From assembly GCA_964245565.1 (NCBI GenBank), contig CAXTMY010000005.1, forward strand, positions 24,605-88,604: a stretch of DNA of 64,000 bases, in the 5' to 3' direction. A program made the position numbers and the translations under genes. Below the pieces are notes generated by a model. It was given only the letters and a program-made list of their open reading frames with translations. It was not told the DNA's origin and did no database searches. Within the stretch, counting starts at the first letter, position 1. Each line of letters opens with the position of its first letter. Source of the DNA: an uncultured Acidobacteriaceae bacterium. Lineage in GTDB: Bacteria; Acidobacteriota; Terriglobia; Terriglobales; Acidobacteriaceae. Of the stretch, positions 1 to 8,968 are shown one piece after another.

Positions 1-951
1 CGCGTGCTTGTGGTTGTCGACCGCTGCGCGCGACAGGGCGCTCATTGGCTCGCCCTGCGTGCCGGAGATCAGCACCATCACGTTTTCAGGCGCATGGTCG
101 CCGATCTGGCCCGGGTGGATCATCAGCCCCGGCGATAGATTCAGGTAGCCAAGGTCCTGTGCAATCTCGCTCGACTCCATCATGGAACGGCCGACGACGG
201 CAACCTTCCGCCCGTATTTGTGGGCCAGGTCGAGCGCAATCTGGATGCGGTAGATCGAGCTTGAAAAACACGAAAAGAAAAGCTTCTTTTTCGTGCGCTG
301 GAAAACCTCATCCAGTCGCGGCTTTACCGCCCACTCGCTGGGCGTATAGCCGGAACGGTCCACGTTGGTTGAATCCTGCAGCAGCGCCAGCACGCCTTTC
401 TGCCCGTATTCGGCGAACTTGTGCAGGTCGAACGCTTTGCCGTCGGGCGGGGAAAGATCGATCTTGAAGTCGCCCGTGTGCACGATCACGCCAACCGGGG
501 TCTCAATCGCGAGCGCCACGCAGTCCACCAGCGAGTGCGTCACCCGGATCGGCTCGATCGTGAACGCGCCGATGGTGAATTTGTTGTTGGGCGCAATCTC
601 GATCAGCTCGGTGTTGTCGAGCATGCGGTGCTCTTCAAGCTTGCCTTCGACGTAGGCGAGCGTGAACTCAGTCCCGTACACCGGTACGTTGATTTCAGAA
701 AGTATCCATGGCAGGCCGCCGATATGGTCTTCATGGCCGTGCGTGAGCAGAATGCCCCGAACCATCGATTTGTTTTCAACAAGATAGGAGATATCGGGAA
801 CGACGATATCGACGCCCAGGAGTTCAGATTCGGGAAACATGAGCCCGGCGTCAATCACCAGGATGTCGTTGCCGTAGCGGATTGCCATGCAGTTCATGCC
901 GAACTCGCCAAGGCCGCCCAGGGGAATGAGTTTTACGTTTTCTTCTGCCAT
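1..951 (-). CDS. rnj: Ribonuclease J (3' end runs off the window)
   Basis: Manual translation (not in ORF track): MAEENVKLIPLGGLGEFGMNC...IDAGLMFP...THGHEDHIGG...VTHS...HTGDFK...DSTN...GTQGEPMSAL. These are metallo-beta-lactamase/beta-CASP motifs; the frame is open to position 1. Confidence 0.95.
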   Translation of the reverse strand, partial: MAEENVKLIPLGGLGEFGMNCMAIRYGNDILVIDAGLMFPESELLGVDIVVPDISYLVENKSMVRGILLTHGHEDHIGGLPWILSEINVPVYGTEFTLAYVEGKLEEHRMLDNTELIEIAPNNKFTIGAFTIEPIRVTHSLVDCVALAIETPVGVIVHTGDFKIDLSPPDGKAFDLHKFAEYGQKGVLALLQDSTNVDRSGYTPSEWAVKPRLDEVFQRTKKKLFFSCFSSSIYRIQIALDLAHKYGRKVAVVGRSMMESSEIAQDLGYLNLSPGLMIHPGQIGDHAPENVMVLISGTQGEPMSALSRAAVDNHKHA

Positions 952-1083
952 CGGAATCTTTAATATTAGCAGCCGCGCGCGATGAGGCGGCCGTTCTTTC
1001 GGTATTGCACGCATGGATGGAGGCTTGTGCGCCTCTCGCGATGCTCGGATCAATCCTATAATCGGGGAAACGGCGAGGTTCCT

Positions 1084-1605
1084 ATGGCGACAGCAATGCT
1101 GGTTTTGATCGACGAATACCTGCACACCGGCTATGAGCGGGATGTCGAGTACGTGGACGGTGAGCTGAAGGAGCGGCCTGTGGTGTTTTCGGTACACGGA
1201 CTTTTGCAGGGCCTTCTGGCGCAATGGTTCTTGAACCGCGCCGAAGAGTGGGACATCAAGGCCGCGGTGGAGGTGCGGACCAGGGTCTCCGCAAACCGGG
1301 TGCGTCTTCCGGACGTGGTGGTTGGCGCGCGCCGCCGGTGGCCGGAGACGCTGATAGAGCCGCCTCTGCTCGTGATCGAGATCCTCTCGCCGAGCGATAC
1401 CTTCGGGCATATCGAGGAGGTGATCGCCGATTATCAGGCCATGGGGATTCCGGGCATCTGGCTGATCCAGCCGTCGAAACGTTCCGGGTGGATGTGCGAC
1501 ACGGAGCCGTGGGTTCCGGCGACGATGCTGCGGGTGAAGAACAGCCCTGTGTACGTCGACCTGGAGGCGCTGTTTGCCGCCCTCGACGAAAGCAACAGGG
1601 ATTAA
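1084..1605 (+). CDS. Uma2/DUF820 family PD-(D/E)xK endonuclease
   Basis: EYVDGEL, HG, RLPDVVV, PLLVIEILSPSD, DYQAMGIPGIWLI. GAGG RBS and a TATAAT near 1057-1062. Confidence 0.88.
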   Translation: MATAMLVLIDEYLHTGYERDVEYVDGELKERPVVFSVHGLLQGLLAQWFLNRAEEWDIKAAVEVRTRVSANRVRLPDVVVGARRRWPETLIEPPLLVIEILSPSDTFGHIEEVIADYQAMGIPGIWLIQPSKRSGWMCDTEPWVPATMLRVKNSPVYVDLEALFAALDESNRD

Positions 1606-1650
1606 CCCGCCGGCCGGGAGCCGCAGCGATCCGGCCGTGTCTAATGAGAC

Positions 1651-1851
1651 ATGCAGGTAGATACATGGCCGAAGTCGGCAGACCACCTGGTGGAAGTAGC
1701 CGGGCTCCTCATGGCGGTGTCGCACATCGTCTTTCTGGTGCTGTTTGTGTTGTGGTTCGGCCTCAACCGGCCAACCAGCCTCAAAGTGTTCCGGCTGCGC
1801 ATGCGAACGGCCATCGACAAGCGACGCGCCCGTTTACGCGACGGGCGCTGA
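1651..1851 (+). CDS. Small hypothetical membrane protein
   Basis: 66-aa ORF with a hydrophobic helix followed by a basic tail; fills an otherwise empty gap. Confidence 0.4.
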   Translation: MQVDTWPKSADHLVEVAGLLMAVSHIVFLVLFVLWFGLNRPTSLKVFRLRMRTAIDKRRARLRDGR

Positions 1852-3171
1852 CGGCGCCTGCGGCATGCGCACCAGCAGCGCCATCACCAGGGCCAGCGCG
1901 AGCAGGGCTGAAGCCAGAAAGAACGGCGAACCCGGCAGGTGGACCACCGCGTCCTGGCCGATCGATTTTGAAAAGACATAGGTAAACAGGCCTGGTCCGA
2001 TGAGTCCGGAAATGCCGCGCAGCGAATGGATCGCGCCCTGCAGCTGCCCCTGCTCATTGGCCGCGGCGCCCCGCGTCATCAGGCTCTGCGCGCCCGGCCA
2101 TACAAAGGACATGCCGTTCATGACCGGAATGCCGAGCCACAGCAGCAGCCCGGTTTGCGACAACCCGAACATGCAGAAGCCGACGATGCCGAGGCACAGA
2201 CCGAAGAGAATCGAGGCGCGCTCCCCGAAGGCCTTCACGACCCGCTTGACCAGCGTTCCGCCGTACAGGCCGGCGAACAGGCCGACCACTGCCAGCGAGA
2301 GCCCGACGGTGCGATCGGTCCAGTGAAAGCGATAGTCCGCGTAAAGTACGTAGACATTCATCAGCGACTGCTGGGCGATGTAGGCGAACAGCAGAACCGC
2401 CGACAGGGTAAGCAGCAGCCGCGAGCGCACCAGCATGCGCAGCGAGCCGACCGGGTTCGCCCGGCGCCACGAGAAGCGGGAGCGGTTCTCGCGCCTGAGC
2501 GACTCCGGCAGCACAAACATGCCGTACATCCCGTTCAGCAGGCTCAGCCCGGCCGAGGCCCAGAACGGCAGGCGCGGGCTCACCGAGCCGAGCAGCCCGC
2601 CGATGGCGGGGCCCAGGACAAAGCCCATGGCAAACGCCGCGGCCAGCAGGCCGAAGGCGCCGGCGCGTTTCTCCGGCGGCGTCACGTCGGCAATATAAGC
2701 CTGTGCCGTCGGGACGCTGGAGGTGGTCAGGCCGGAAACGATACGCCCCAGCAGCAGCCAGCCGACCGTCGGCGCCCAGGCCATCAGCAGGTAGTCGAGT
2801 CCCAGCCCGAAGTTCGAGAGCAGCACCACCGGGCGCCGTCCGAAGCGGTCGGACAACGAGCCGATCACCGGTGAAAAGACAAACTGCATCGCGGCGAAAA
2901 CGGTCCCGAAAATACCCAGCATCTGCGAGGCCTGCGAAGTCGTGCCATGCATCAGGTTCTCAACCAGCCGCGGCAGCACCGGCGCAATCATGCCCAGAGC
3001 AAGCATGTCGAGCGCGACCGTGAAAAAGATGAAGATCGTCGCGGCGCGGCGTCCATTTGCGGGAAGCGATTCGCTCCCCGCGGACGCGGAAACCTGGTCA
3101 AGCGTATCGGCGATCTCCGGCTCAGCTGTGCTCAGGTTCAGGTCCGGATTGTTCTCTGGCGGGCTCGGCAT
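1834..3171 (-). CDS. TetA/DHA1-family MFS efflux transporter
   Basis: GSLSDRFGRRPV motif A, GRIVSG, GFVLGPAIGG motif C, about 12 hydrophobic segments. Confidence 0.92.
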   Translation of the reverse strand: MPSPPENNPDLNLSTAEPEIADTLDQVSASAGSESLPANGRRAATIFIFFTVALDMLALGMIAPVLPRLVENLMHGTTSQASQMLGIFGTVFAAMQFVFSPVIGSLSDRFGRRPVVLLSNFGLGLDYLLMAWAPTVGWLLLGRIVSGLTTSSVPTAQAYIADVTPPEKRAGAFGLLAAAFAMGFVLGPAIGGLLGSVSPRLPFWASAGLSLLNGMYGMFVLPESLRRENRSRFSWRRANPVGSLRMLVRSRLLLTLSAVLLFAYIAQQSLMNVYVLYADYRFHWTDRTVGLSLAVVGLFAGLYGGTLVKRVVKAFGERASILFGLCLGIVGFCMFGLSQTGLLLWLGIPVMNGMSFVWPGAQSLMTRGAAANEQGQLQGAIHSLRGISGLIGPGLFTYVFSKSIGQDAVVHLPGSPFFLASALLALALVMALLVRMPQAPSAPVA

Positions 3172-3230
3172 CTGGAGAAAGTGTACAGGGGTGGGTTACG
3201 GTTCCCGCGAAGGCGTCATCAAGGTACGCT

Positions 3231-3288
3231 CGCCGGGAAAAGCCACAGGAGCAGCACGCCGGGCTGCACGCAACAGGAGCATTGCTTA
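3231..3288. repeat. Degenerate half copy of the 110-bp palindromic repeat (family A)
   Basis: CGCCGGGAAAAGCCACAGGAGC...ATTGCTTA aligns with the right half of the 19933-20048 copy; its end overlaps the dapD stop codon. Confidence 0.55.
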
Positions 3289-4170
3289 GGCGCGCAGCAG
3301 TTCTTCGAGCGCGAGGCTCAGCTCAGTCTTGGCGTCGCGGTATTTGACGATGACCGGCGTATACACGCTCAGTCCCCACTCTGCCGCTTTCCCCTTGTGC
3401 ACCGCGCGGGAGCCGGGCACAACGACGGCATTCTCAGGAATCATCAGCGGCGTCTCCGCAGTCGCGCGCAGCACTTCTCCCTGCACCACATCGTAAACGG
3501 GGGTGCCGCGGGTGAGGATGGTACCGGCAGCAAGCACCGCTCTCTTGCGGACGATGGTGCCTTCATACACCCCGCAGTTTCCGCCCACGAGCACATCATC
3601 TTCCAGAATCACAGGGGTTGCGTTGACGGGTTCGAGAACGCCGCCGATCTGCGCGGCAGCGCTCAGGTGGACGCGTTTGCCGACCTGGGCGCAGGAGCCG
3701 ACAAGCGCGTGCGAGTCGACCATGGTGCCGGCGTCGACATACGCGCCGACATTGACGTAGGCAGGCGGCATGCAGACGACCCCGCGCGCAAGGTAAGCGC
3801 CGGCGCGTACCGCTGTGCCGCCGGGAACAATGCGGACCCCGTCCTCCGGCGACCAGTCCCGGGCCGGGTAGGTGTGCTTGTCGATGAACGGAAACAGCCC
3901 GGATTCGAGCGATCCCCACGGCAGCCCGTCGCCCCGCATCGTGCCCAGTCGAAAGCCCAGCAGGATGCCGCGCTTGACCCAGGGATTCACCCGCCAGCCG
4001 AGCGGACTGTCGGCATCCGGCTCTGCGGCCCGGATCATCCCGGCTTCGAGCGCTGCGCGCAGCTCAAGGAACGCTGCGAGCGCAAGCGGATCGTTCCCGG
4101 CGGCCTCGCCCGCGGCAAAGGCAGCTTCAATGCGTTGTTCGAGATCGGAGTGGTTAGGCTCGCTGGCCAT
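3286..4170 (-). CDS. dapD: Tetrahydrodipicolinate N-succinyltransferase
   Basis: [50 protein letters not shown]. Start taken at MASEPN. Confidence 0.95.
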   Translation of the reverse strand: MASEPNHSDLEQRIEAAFAAGEAAGNDPLALAAFLELRAALEAGMIRAAEPDADSPLGWRVNPWVKRGILLGFRLGTMRGDGLPWGSLESGLFPFIDKHTYPARDWSPEDGVRIVPGGTAVRAGAYLARGVVCMPPAYVNVGAYVDAGTMVDSHALVGSCAQVGKRVHLSAAAQIGGVLEPVNATPVILEDDVLVGGNCGVYEGTIVRKRAVLAAGTILTRGTPVYDVVQGEVLRATAETPLMIPENAVVVPGSRAVHKGKAAEWGLSVYTPVIVKYRDAKTELSLALEELLRA

Positions 4171-4279
4171 CGGGTATTTCCTTTCGAGCGAATATGCGCA
4201 GGCTTTAAAGCAAGGGTTGCCGTCGACACCGTTTCCGCCGACCAACGGGAGGGTTAAGAGAGGCTGGCAGCGTGACACT

Positions 4280-4334
4280 AACGAGAACACGCCACGAAGT
4301 GGCCGCCAGCCGCGCAGGCGGTCTACCGCTCTTG
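4280..4334 (-). repeat. Second dispersed repeat (family B), copy 1
   Basis: Reverse complement CAAGAGC..ACCGCCTGCGCGGCT-GGCGGCCACTTCGTGGCGTGTTCTCGTT matches 8791-8816 plus 8924-8952. Confidence 0.75.
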
Positions 4335-4337
4335 CGC

Positions 4338-5297
4338 CTAATGATTTGCGGGTGCAGCTTCAAGCAGCTGCAGGCTAGCGGCAAGCGCCTGTAGCCGCTC
4401 CCGCGTGGCCGCGGTCACGGGCAGCATCGGCAGCCGGTAGGTTTCGTGAATGCGGCCCATCATGGCGAGCAGCGCCTTCACCGGCCCGGGGCTCGGCTCC
4501 AGAAAGTTCGCGAGCAGCAGGGGGAAATACGTGTGGTTCAGCCGGCGCGCAGTCGCCCAGTCGTTGGCCAGCGCTGCGTGGACCATCGCACTCAGTTCGC
4601 GCGGAATAACATTTGAGGCGACAGAGACGAGCCCGGCGCCCCCGACCCCGAGTACGCCAAGCGCCATGGCGTCGTCGCCCGCGTATACAGAGAATCTGCG
4701 CGGCACAAGCGTCAGGATCTCGGTAATCTGCGGCAGGTTTCCGCTCGACTCCTTGACGGCTACGATGTTCTCACACGCCTCGGCCAACTGAACGATCGTC
4801 GCCGGCTCAAGATTGACCCCGGTGCGGCCCGGAATGTTATAGAGCACCACCGGAAACGGAGCAATGGCGCGCGCAATGGCGGCAAAATGCTCAAACTGCC
4901 CGGCCTGGCTGGGCTTGTTGTAGAAAGGGTTCGCGGTCAGCACGGCGGTGATGCCGGGAATTCCCGCGGCATGCCGCGCCCGCTCCACAGCCTCGCGGGT
5001 GGAGTTGCTGCTGCAACCAGCCCATACCGGCACACGGCCCGCGGCCTGCGCCGCGACAACGCGAAGAACATGGTCCCACTCTTCATGGGAGAGCGTCGGG
5101 GTCTCGCCGGTGGTGCCGCATGCCACCAGCCAGTCGACTCCAGGGGGCCGGGCTCCGGACGGCGCAGGCTCGCCCTCGCGATCCGGTTCGCTGCTGCCGA
5201 TCTGCCAGTCGACCAATGCCCGCAAAGCTGGTTCATCCACCGCGCCGCTGGCGGCGAACGGGGTGACCAGCGCTGTTCCACAACCCACCAGTTCCAT
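4338..5297 (-). CDS. dapA: 4-hydroxy-tetrahydrodipicolinate synthase
   Basis: [35 protein letters not shown] (Schiff-base Lys). Confidence 0.96.
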   Translation of the reverse strand: MELVGCGTALVTPFAASGAVDEPALRALVDWQIGSSEPDREGEPAPSGARPPGVDWLVACGTTGETPTLSHEEWDHVLRVVAAQAAGRVPVWAGCSSNSTREAVERARHAAGIPGITAVLTANPFYNKPSQAGQFEHFAAIARAIAPFPVVLYNIPGRTGVNLEPATIVQLAEACENIVAVKESSGNLPQITEILTLVPRRFSVYAGDDAMALGVLGVGGAGLVSVASNVIPRELSAMVHAALANDWATARRLNHTYFPLLLANFLEPSPGPVKALLAMMGRIHETYRLPMLPVTAATRERLQALAASLQLLEAAPANH

Positions 5298-5497
5298 ACC
5301 TGATCGAGTCTATACCGGTCCGCTCTCGGCAGCCTGCCCGCGTCGCCCGGCGCTCCGCGTCGGGCCGGTCGGCGCCATTCCCATTCTGAAATCCAGCAAA
5401 AATCCCGCTGCCGGGCGCTCATGTTGTGTCTGCGTTCGCCGATCAATTCAGTAACGCAGGCTCAGGCCCGCGCGATCAGCGAAAGAAGGGCAAGCGA

Positions 5498-6355
5498 ATG
5501 ATTTCCGTAGTGATCCTGACCAAGAACGAGGAGAAAGATCTGCCCGGATGTCTGGAGTCGGTGCGCTTCTGCGATGACGTGCATGTGTTTGACTCCTGCA
5601 GTACGGACGATACCGTGCAGGTAGCGCACGGAATGGGCGCGCACTTGCACCAGCGGCCATTCGACTCCTACGCCGCGCAGCGAAACGCGGCGCTTGACAC
5701 CATTCCTTTCAAGCATCCATGGGTCTACATCCTCGATGCAGACGAAAGGCTCAACCCCGAGCTGTGGGCCGAAGCGCTCGAGGCGACAGCCTCGGCCCCC
5801 GAGCAGGTGCACGCTTTCCGCATTCGCCGGGACGATCACTTTCTCGGCCACCACCTGCGCCGCGCGCAGATGATGGCGCTCTACACCCGGCTGGTGCGGG
5901 TCGGCTTTGTACGCTACACCCGCGACATCAACGAGTTCCTGGAGGTACAGGGCGAGACGCGGGATCTGCGGACGCGCTTTGACCACTATTCCTTCTCAAA
6001 AGGGCTTGACCGCTGGTTTGAGAAGCACAATCTCTACTCCAGCATGGAGGCGCGTATCGTGGCTGAGCGCAGCTTTACCGGCGACGCCAGTCTCAGGACC
6101 GCGCTCTTTCATCGCGACTTCCACACCCGCCGCCGCGCGCAGAAGGCGATCTTCTACCTGCTGCCCGGCCGTCCCGCGCTCCGGTGGATCTACCTGCTGT
6201 TTGTGCGCGGCGGCGTGCTCGACGGCAAGGCCGGCATGATCTACGCCACACTGCAGGCCATCTACGAGTGGCAGATTGTGCTGAAGACCCGCGAGATGCT
6301 GTCCGATCATAACCGCCTGCACGCGAACACCCTGGCGGGAGCTCGCAGGGCCTGA
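5498..6355 (+). CDS. GT2 family glycosyltransferase
   Basis: ISVVILTKNEE, DSCSTDDT, QRN, ILDADE, HYS. Confidence 0.92.
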   Translation: MISVVILTKNEEKDLPGCLESVRFCDDVHVFDSCSTDDTVQVAHGMGAHLHQRPFDSYAAQRNAALDTIPFKHPWVYILDADERLNPELWAEALEATASAPEQVHAFRIRRDDHFLGHHLRRAQMMALYTRLVRVGFVRYTRDINEFLEVQGETRDLRTRFDHYSFSKGLDRWFEKHNLYSSMEARIVAERSFTGDASLRTALFHRDFHTRRRAQKAIFYLLPGRPALRWIYLLFVRGGVLDGKAGMIYATLQAIYEWQIVLKTREMLSDHNRLHANTLAGARRA

Positions 6356-6421
6356 AAAGGTTTGCGCGCCTCGAACCGGAGGCGCGGGAAGTATTGCCGT
6401 GCACAAACAGTGCGGGCGATT

Positions 6422-6533
6422 GAGCATTTCACAGCAAGTGTGGGCCCATGCACGGAACTCGGCGCGGCTTTTCCGCCAGGAAAAGCCGTATGCCACTCAA
6501 GTCGAGGGGAGCATGGTCACTGTGAAAATGCTC
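6422..6533. repeat. Family A 110-bp palindromic repeat (MITE/REP-like)
   Basis: Termini GAGCATTTCACAG / CTGTGAAAATGCTC; central hairpin GGCTTTTCC-GCCA-GGAAAAGCC. Confidence 0.85.
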
Positions 6534-6623
6534 TGAAACGCAGACTGCATCGCGGACAGTACACTGGCGTTGGCGCCGGGCGCGGCAAACCTGCTCGACC
6601 GGCCGACGAGGATAACTGCCGCG

Positions 6624-7445
6624 ATGCTCTCTGTGCTGATCATCACCCGGAACGAAGAGCAGGACCTGCCGGAGTGCCTGGCGTCTGTTGCCTGGTCCAA
6701 CGATGTGCATGTGCTCGACTCCTTCAGCACGGATCGCACGGTCGAGCTGGCGCGCGCCGCCGGCGCCCAGGTGCATCAGCGCGTGTTCGACAGCTACAGC
6801 AGCCAGCGCAACGCCGGCCTGCATGAGATCGCCTACCGGTACCCGTGGCTGCTGATCCTCGATGCGGACGAACGCGCCAACCCGGCGATGGCGCGGATTC
6901 TTGCAGAGCAGACAGCCGCGGCGCCCGCGGATGTGGATGCTTTTCGCCTGCGGCGGCGCGACCACTTCCTGGGCCGCTGGCTCAGGCATGCGCAAACGAC
7001 ACCGTTCTACATCCGCGTGGTGCGCCTGGGCCGCGCACGGTTTCGGCGCGAGATCAATGAAGTGGTCGAGGTCGACGGCAGGATCGTCGACCTCGAAGAA
7101 CCTTATTTCGACCATTACCCATTTTCAAAAGGCATCACCCACTGGGTCGCGAAGCATAACAGTTACTCGTCCGCCGAGGCGCGCATCGTGGCGGAGAGCG
7201 CATTCGCGGGCGAAGTGTCCTGGAAAAAAGCATTCTTCGCCAAAGACTTCAACGAGAAACACGCCGCGCGCAAGGCTGTGTTCTACAGCCTGCCCGGCCG
7301 TCCGCTCATGCGCTGGGCGTACCTCATGTTCTACCGAAAAGGCGTGCTCGACGGGCGCGCCGGCTTTGTCTATTCCACCTTGCAGGCGGTGTACGAATGG
7401 CTGATCGTCCTGAAAACGCGCGAGCTGCGCGAAGGGAAGCGGTGA
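6624..7445 (+). CDS. GT2 family glycosyltransferase, tandem paralog of 5498-6355
   Basis: LSVLIITRNEE, DSFSTDRT, ILDADE; collinear with the upstream GT2 through to YEWxIVLKTRE. Confidence 0.92.
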   Translation: MLSVLIITRNEEQDLPECLASVAWSNDVHVLDSFSTDRTVELARAAGAQVHQRVFDSYSSQRNAGLHEIAYRYPWLLILDADERANPAMARILAEQTAAAPADVDAFRLRRRDHFLGRWLRHAQTTPFYIRVVRLGRARFRREINEVVEVDGRIVDLEEPYFDHYPFSKGITHWVAKHNSYSSAEARIVAESAFAGEVSWKKAFFAKDFNEKHAARKAVFYSLPGRPLMRWAYLMFYRKGVLDGRAGFVYSTLQAVYEWLIVLKTRELREGKR

Positions 7446-8035
7446 TGGTCGAAGAACAGCCGGCCAATCCGGCTTCCGCAGAAGACCCGACGCTGCGCCC
7501 CGCGTTCTCACTCGGCAACCGCGTGGCCCGGCTGCTGTGGGGCATCACCTATGTGCTGCTGTACCGGTACTCGCCGCGTCCGCTGCATGCCTGGCGGGCG
7601 ATGCTGCTGCGGCTGTTCGGCGCGAAGCTCGGCGCGAAGTGCCACTTTTATGCGAAGGGCAAAATCTGGGCCCCGTGGAATCTCATCTGCGAGGACCGCG
7701 TCTCGCTGGCCGACGATGCTGAACTGTACAACCCGTCGCCGTTCTTCCTGGGCTCGCATGCCATCGTGTCGCAGGGCGCCTATGTCTGCGGCGCGACGCA
7801 CCTGTACAACGATCCGGATTTCCCACTGGTGTCGGCGCCGATGCGCCTGGGGGCATACTCCTGGGTCTGCGCCCGCGCGATCGTCTCGCCCGGGGTGAAC
7901 CTGGGCAATGGGGCAATTCTGGGCCTCGGCGCAATCGCGACGCGCGATCTTGATGCGTTCGGGGTATATGCCGGTGTTCCGGCGAAGAAGGTCAAAGAGC
8001 GCGAGCGCGGTGCGGTGCCGGAGCGGTACTGGTAG
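7445..8035 (+). CDS. WcaF-like hexapeptide-repeat O-acetyltransferase
   Basis: WRAMLLRLFGAKLG, IWAPWNL, SQGAYVCGATH, YAGVPAK; start overlaps the GT2 stop. Confidence 0.88.
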   Translation: MVEEQPANPASAEDPTLRPAFSLGNRVARLLWGITYVLLYRYSPRPLHAWRAMLLRLFGAKLGAKCHFYAKGKIWAPWNLICEDRVSLADDAELYNPSPFFLGSHAIVSQGAYVCGATHLYNDPDFPLVSAPMRLGAYSWVCARAIVSPGVNLGNGAILGLGAIATRDLDAFGVYAGVPAKKVKERERGAVPERYW

Positions 8036-8074
8036 CTTCTTTTTCTATTCGATATTCAGTACCGTAGACAGCTT

Positions 8075-8764
8075 CTATGTAAGCGATGCGGCCGTGTCAG
8101 CGAAGTTAAAGACGCCAGCTTTTGTCTGGGTGAGTAGCCACTCGGCGGCGCGAACAGCGCCTGTGGCGAAACCGACGCGCGAGAAGGCTTCGTGGCGCAG
8201 CGTGAGCGTTTCGCTCGGGGAACTGAGGGTAAGCACATGCAGGCCGGCGGCATCGCCTTCGCGGTGGGAGACAATCTGTGCGTGCTGCTGTGACGATTCT
8301 TCGACCACCTGCTGCAAAGTCAGCGCGGTGCCGGAGGGCGCGTCTTTCTTTGTCACGTGATGCGTTTCTTCAATCTTCAACTCATAGCCGGGCAACGAGC
8401 GGGCAAGCTCGCGCGCGGCGCGGAAGAATGCCTGTACGCCGAGCGAGAAATTGGTGCCGTACAGCAGCGAGGCATTGTGCTCTCTCGCGAGCGCGGCCAA
8501 TGCCGGCAGCTCGCCATACCAGCCGGTCGTGCCGACAACCACTTTTGCGCCGAGCGGCAGCAGGGCACGCAGGTTGGCGAGCACGGCTTCCGGTGTGGTG
8601 AAGTCGATCACCCCATCGACGGATCCGAGCAGCGCGGGCGTGAGCGTCTGCGCGTCTGCGTTCTCTGCGGAGGAGAGAACTTGCACATGGTGGCCGCGCT
8701 CGCGCGCGACTTCAGCGACGGCGCTGCCGGTTTTGCCTCGGCCCAGGATCAGCAATCTCGCCAA
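8075..8764 (-). CDS. dapB: 4-hydroxy-tetrahydrodipicolinate reductase
   Basis: GRGKTG, IDFTTP, VVGTTGW, NFSLGV, ETHHVTKKDAPSGTA. TTG start downstream of AAGGA. Confidence 0.95.
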   Translation of the reverse strand: MARLLILGRGKTGSAVAEVARERGHHVQVLSSAENADAQTLTPALLGSVDGVIDFTTPEAVLANLRALLPLGAKVVVGTTGWYGELPALAALAREHNASLLYGTNFSLGVQAFFRAARELARSLPGYELKIEETHHVTKKDAPSGTALTLQQVVEESSQQHAQIVSHREGDAAGLHVLTLSSPSETLTLRHEAFSRVGFATGAVRAAEWLLTQTKAGVFNFADTAASLT

Positions 8765-8790
8765 GTTACACAATCCTTTCTCGACAAGGT

Positions 8791-8952
8791 CAAGAGCCAA
8801 ACCGCCTGCGCGGCTTTCATTTCTCCGATAGGCTGCATGGGCCATCGGATGTTAAGGTGGCCTTTCCGTAAAGAAAGGCCACGCGCAGAATATCTAAGCG
8901 AGGAGACCGTCGGGAGAAATGAACCGGTGGCCCTTCGTGGCGTGTTCTCGTT
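8791..8952 (+). repeat. Family B repeat copy 2, interrupted by a family A element at 8817-8923
   Basis: Flanks match the reverse complement of 4280-4334. The insert has termini TCATTTCTCCGA / TCGGGAGAAATGA and the hairpin GTGGCCTTTCC-GTAA-AGAAAGGCCAC. Confidence 0.78.
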
Positions 8953-8968
8953 TGTCTGCAACGGCCTG

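Noticed and set aside
1834-3171. Acquired tetracycline-resistance determinant
   Set aside because: No tetR and no mobile context; composition matches the host. Substrate cannot be inferred from family alone.
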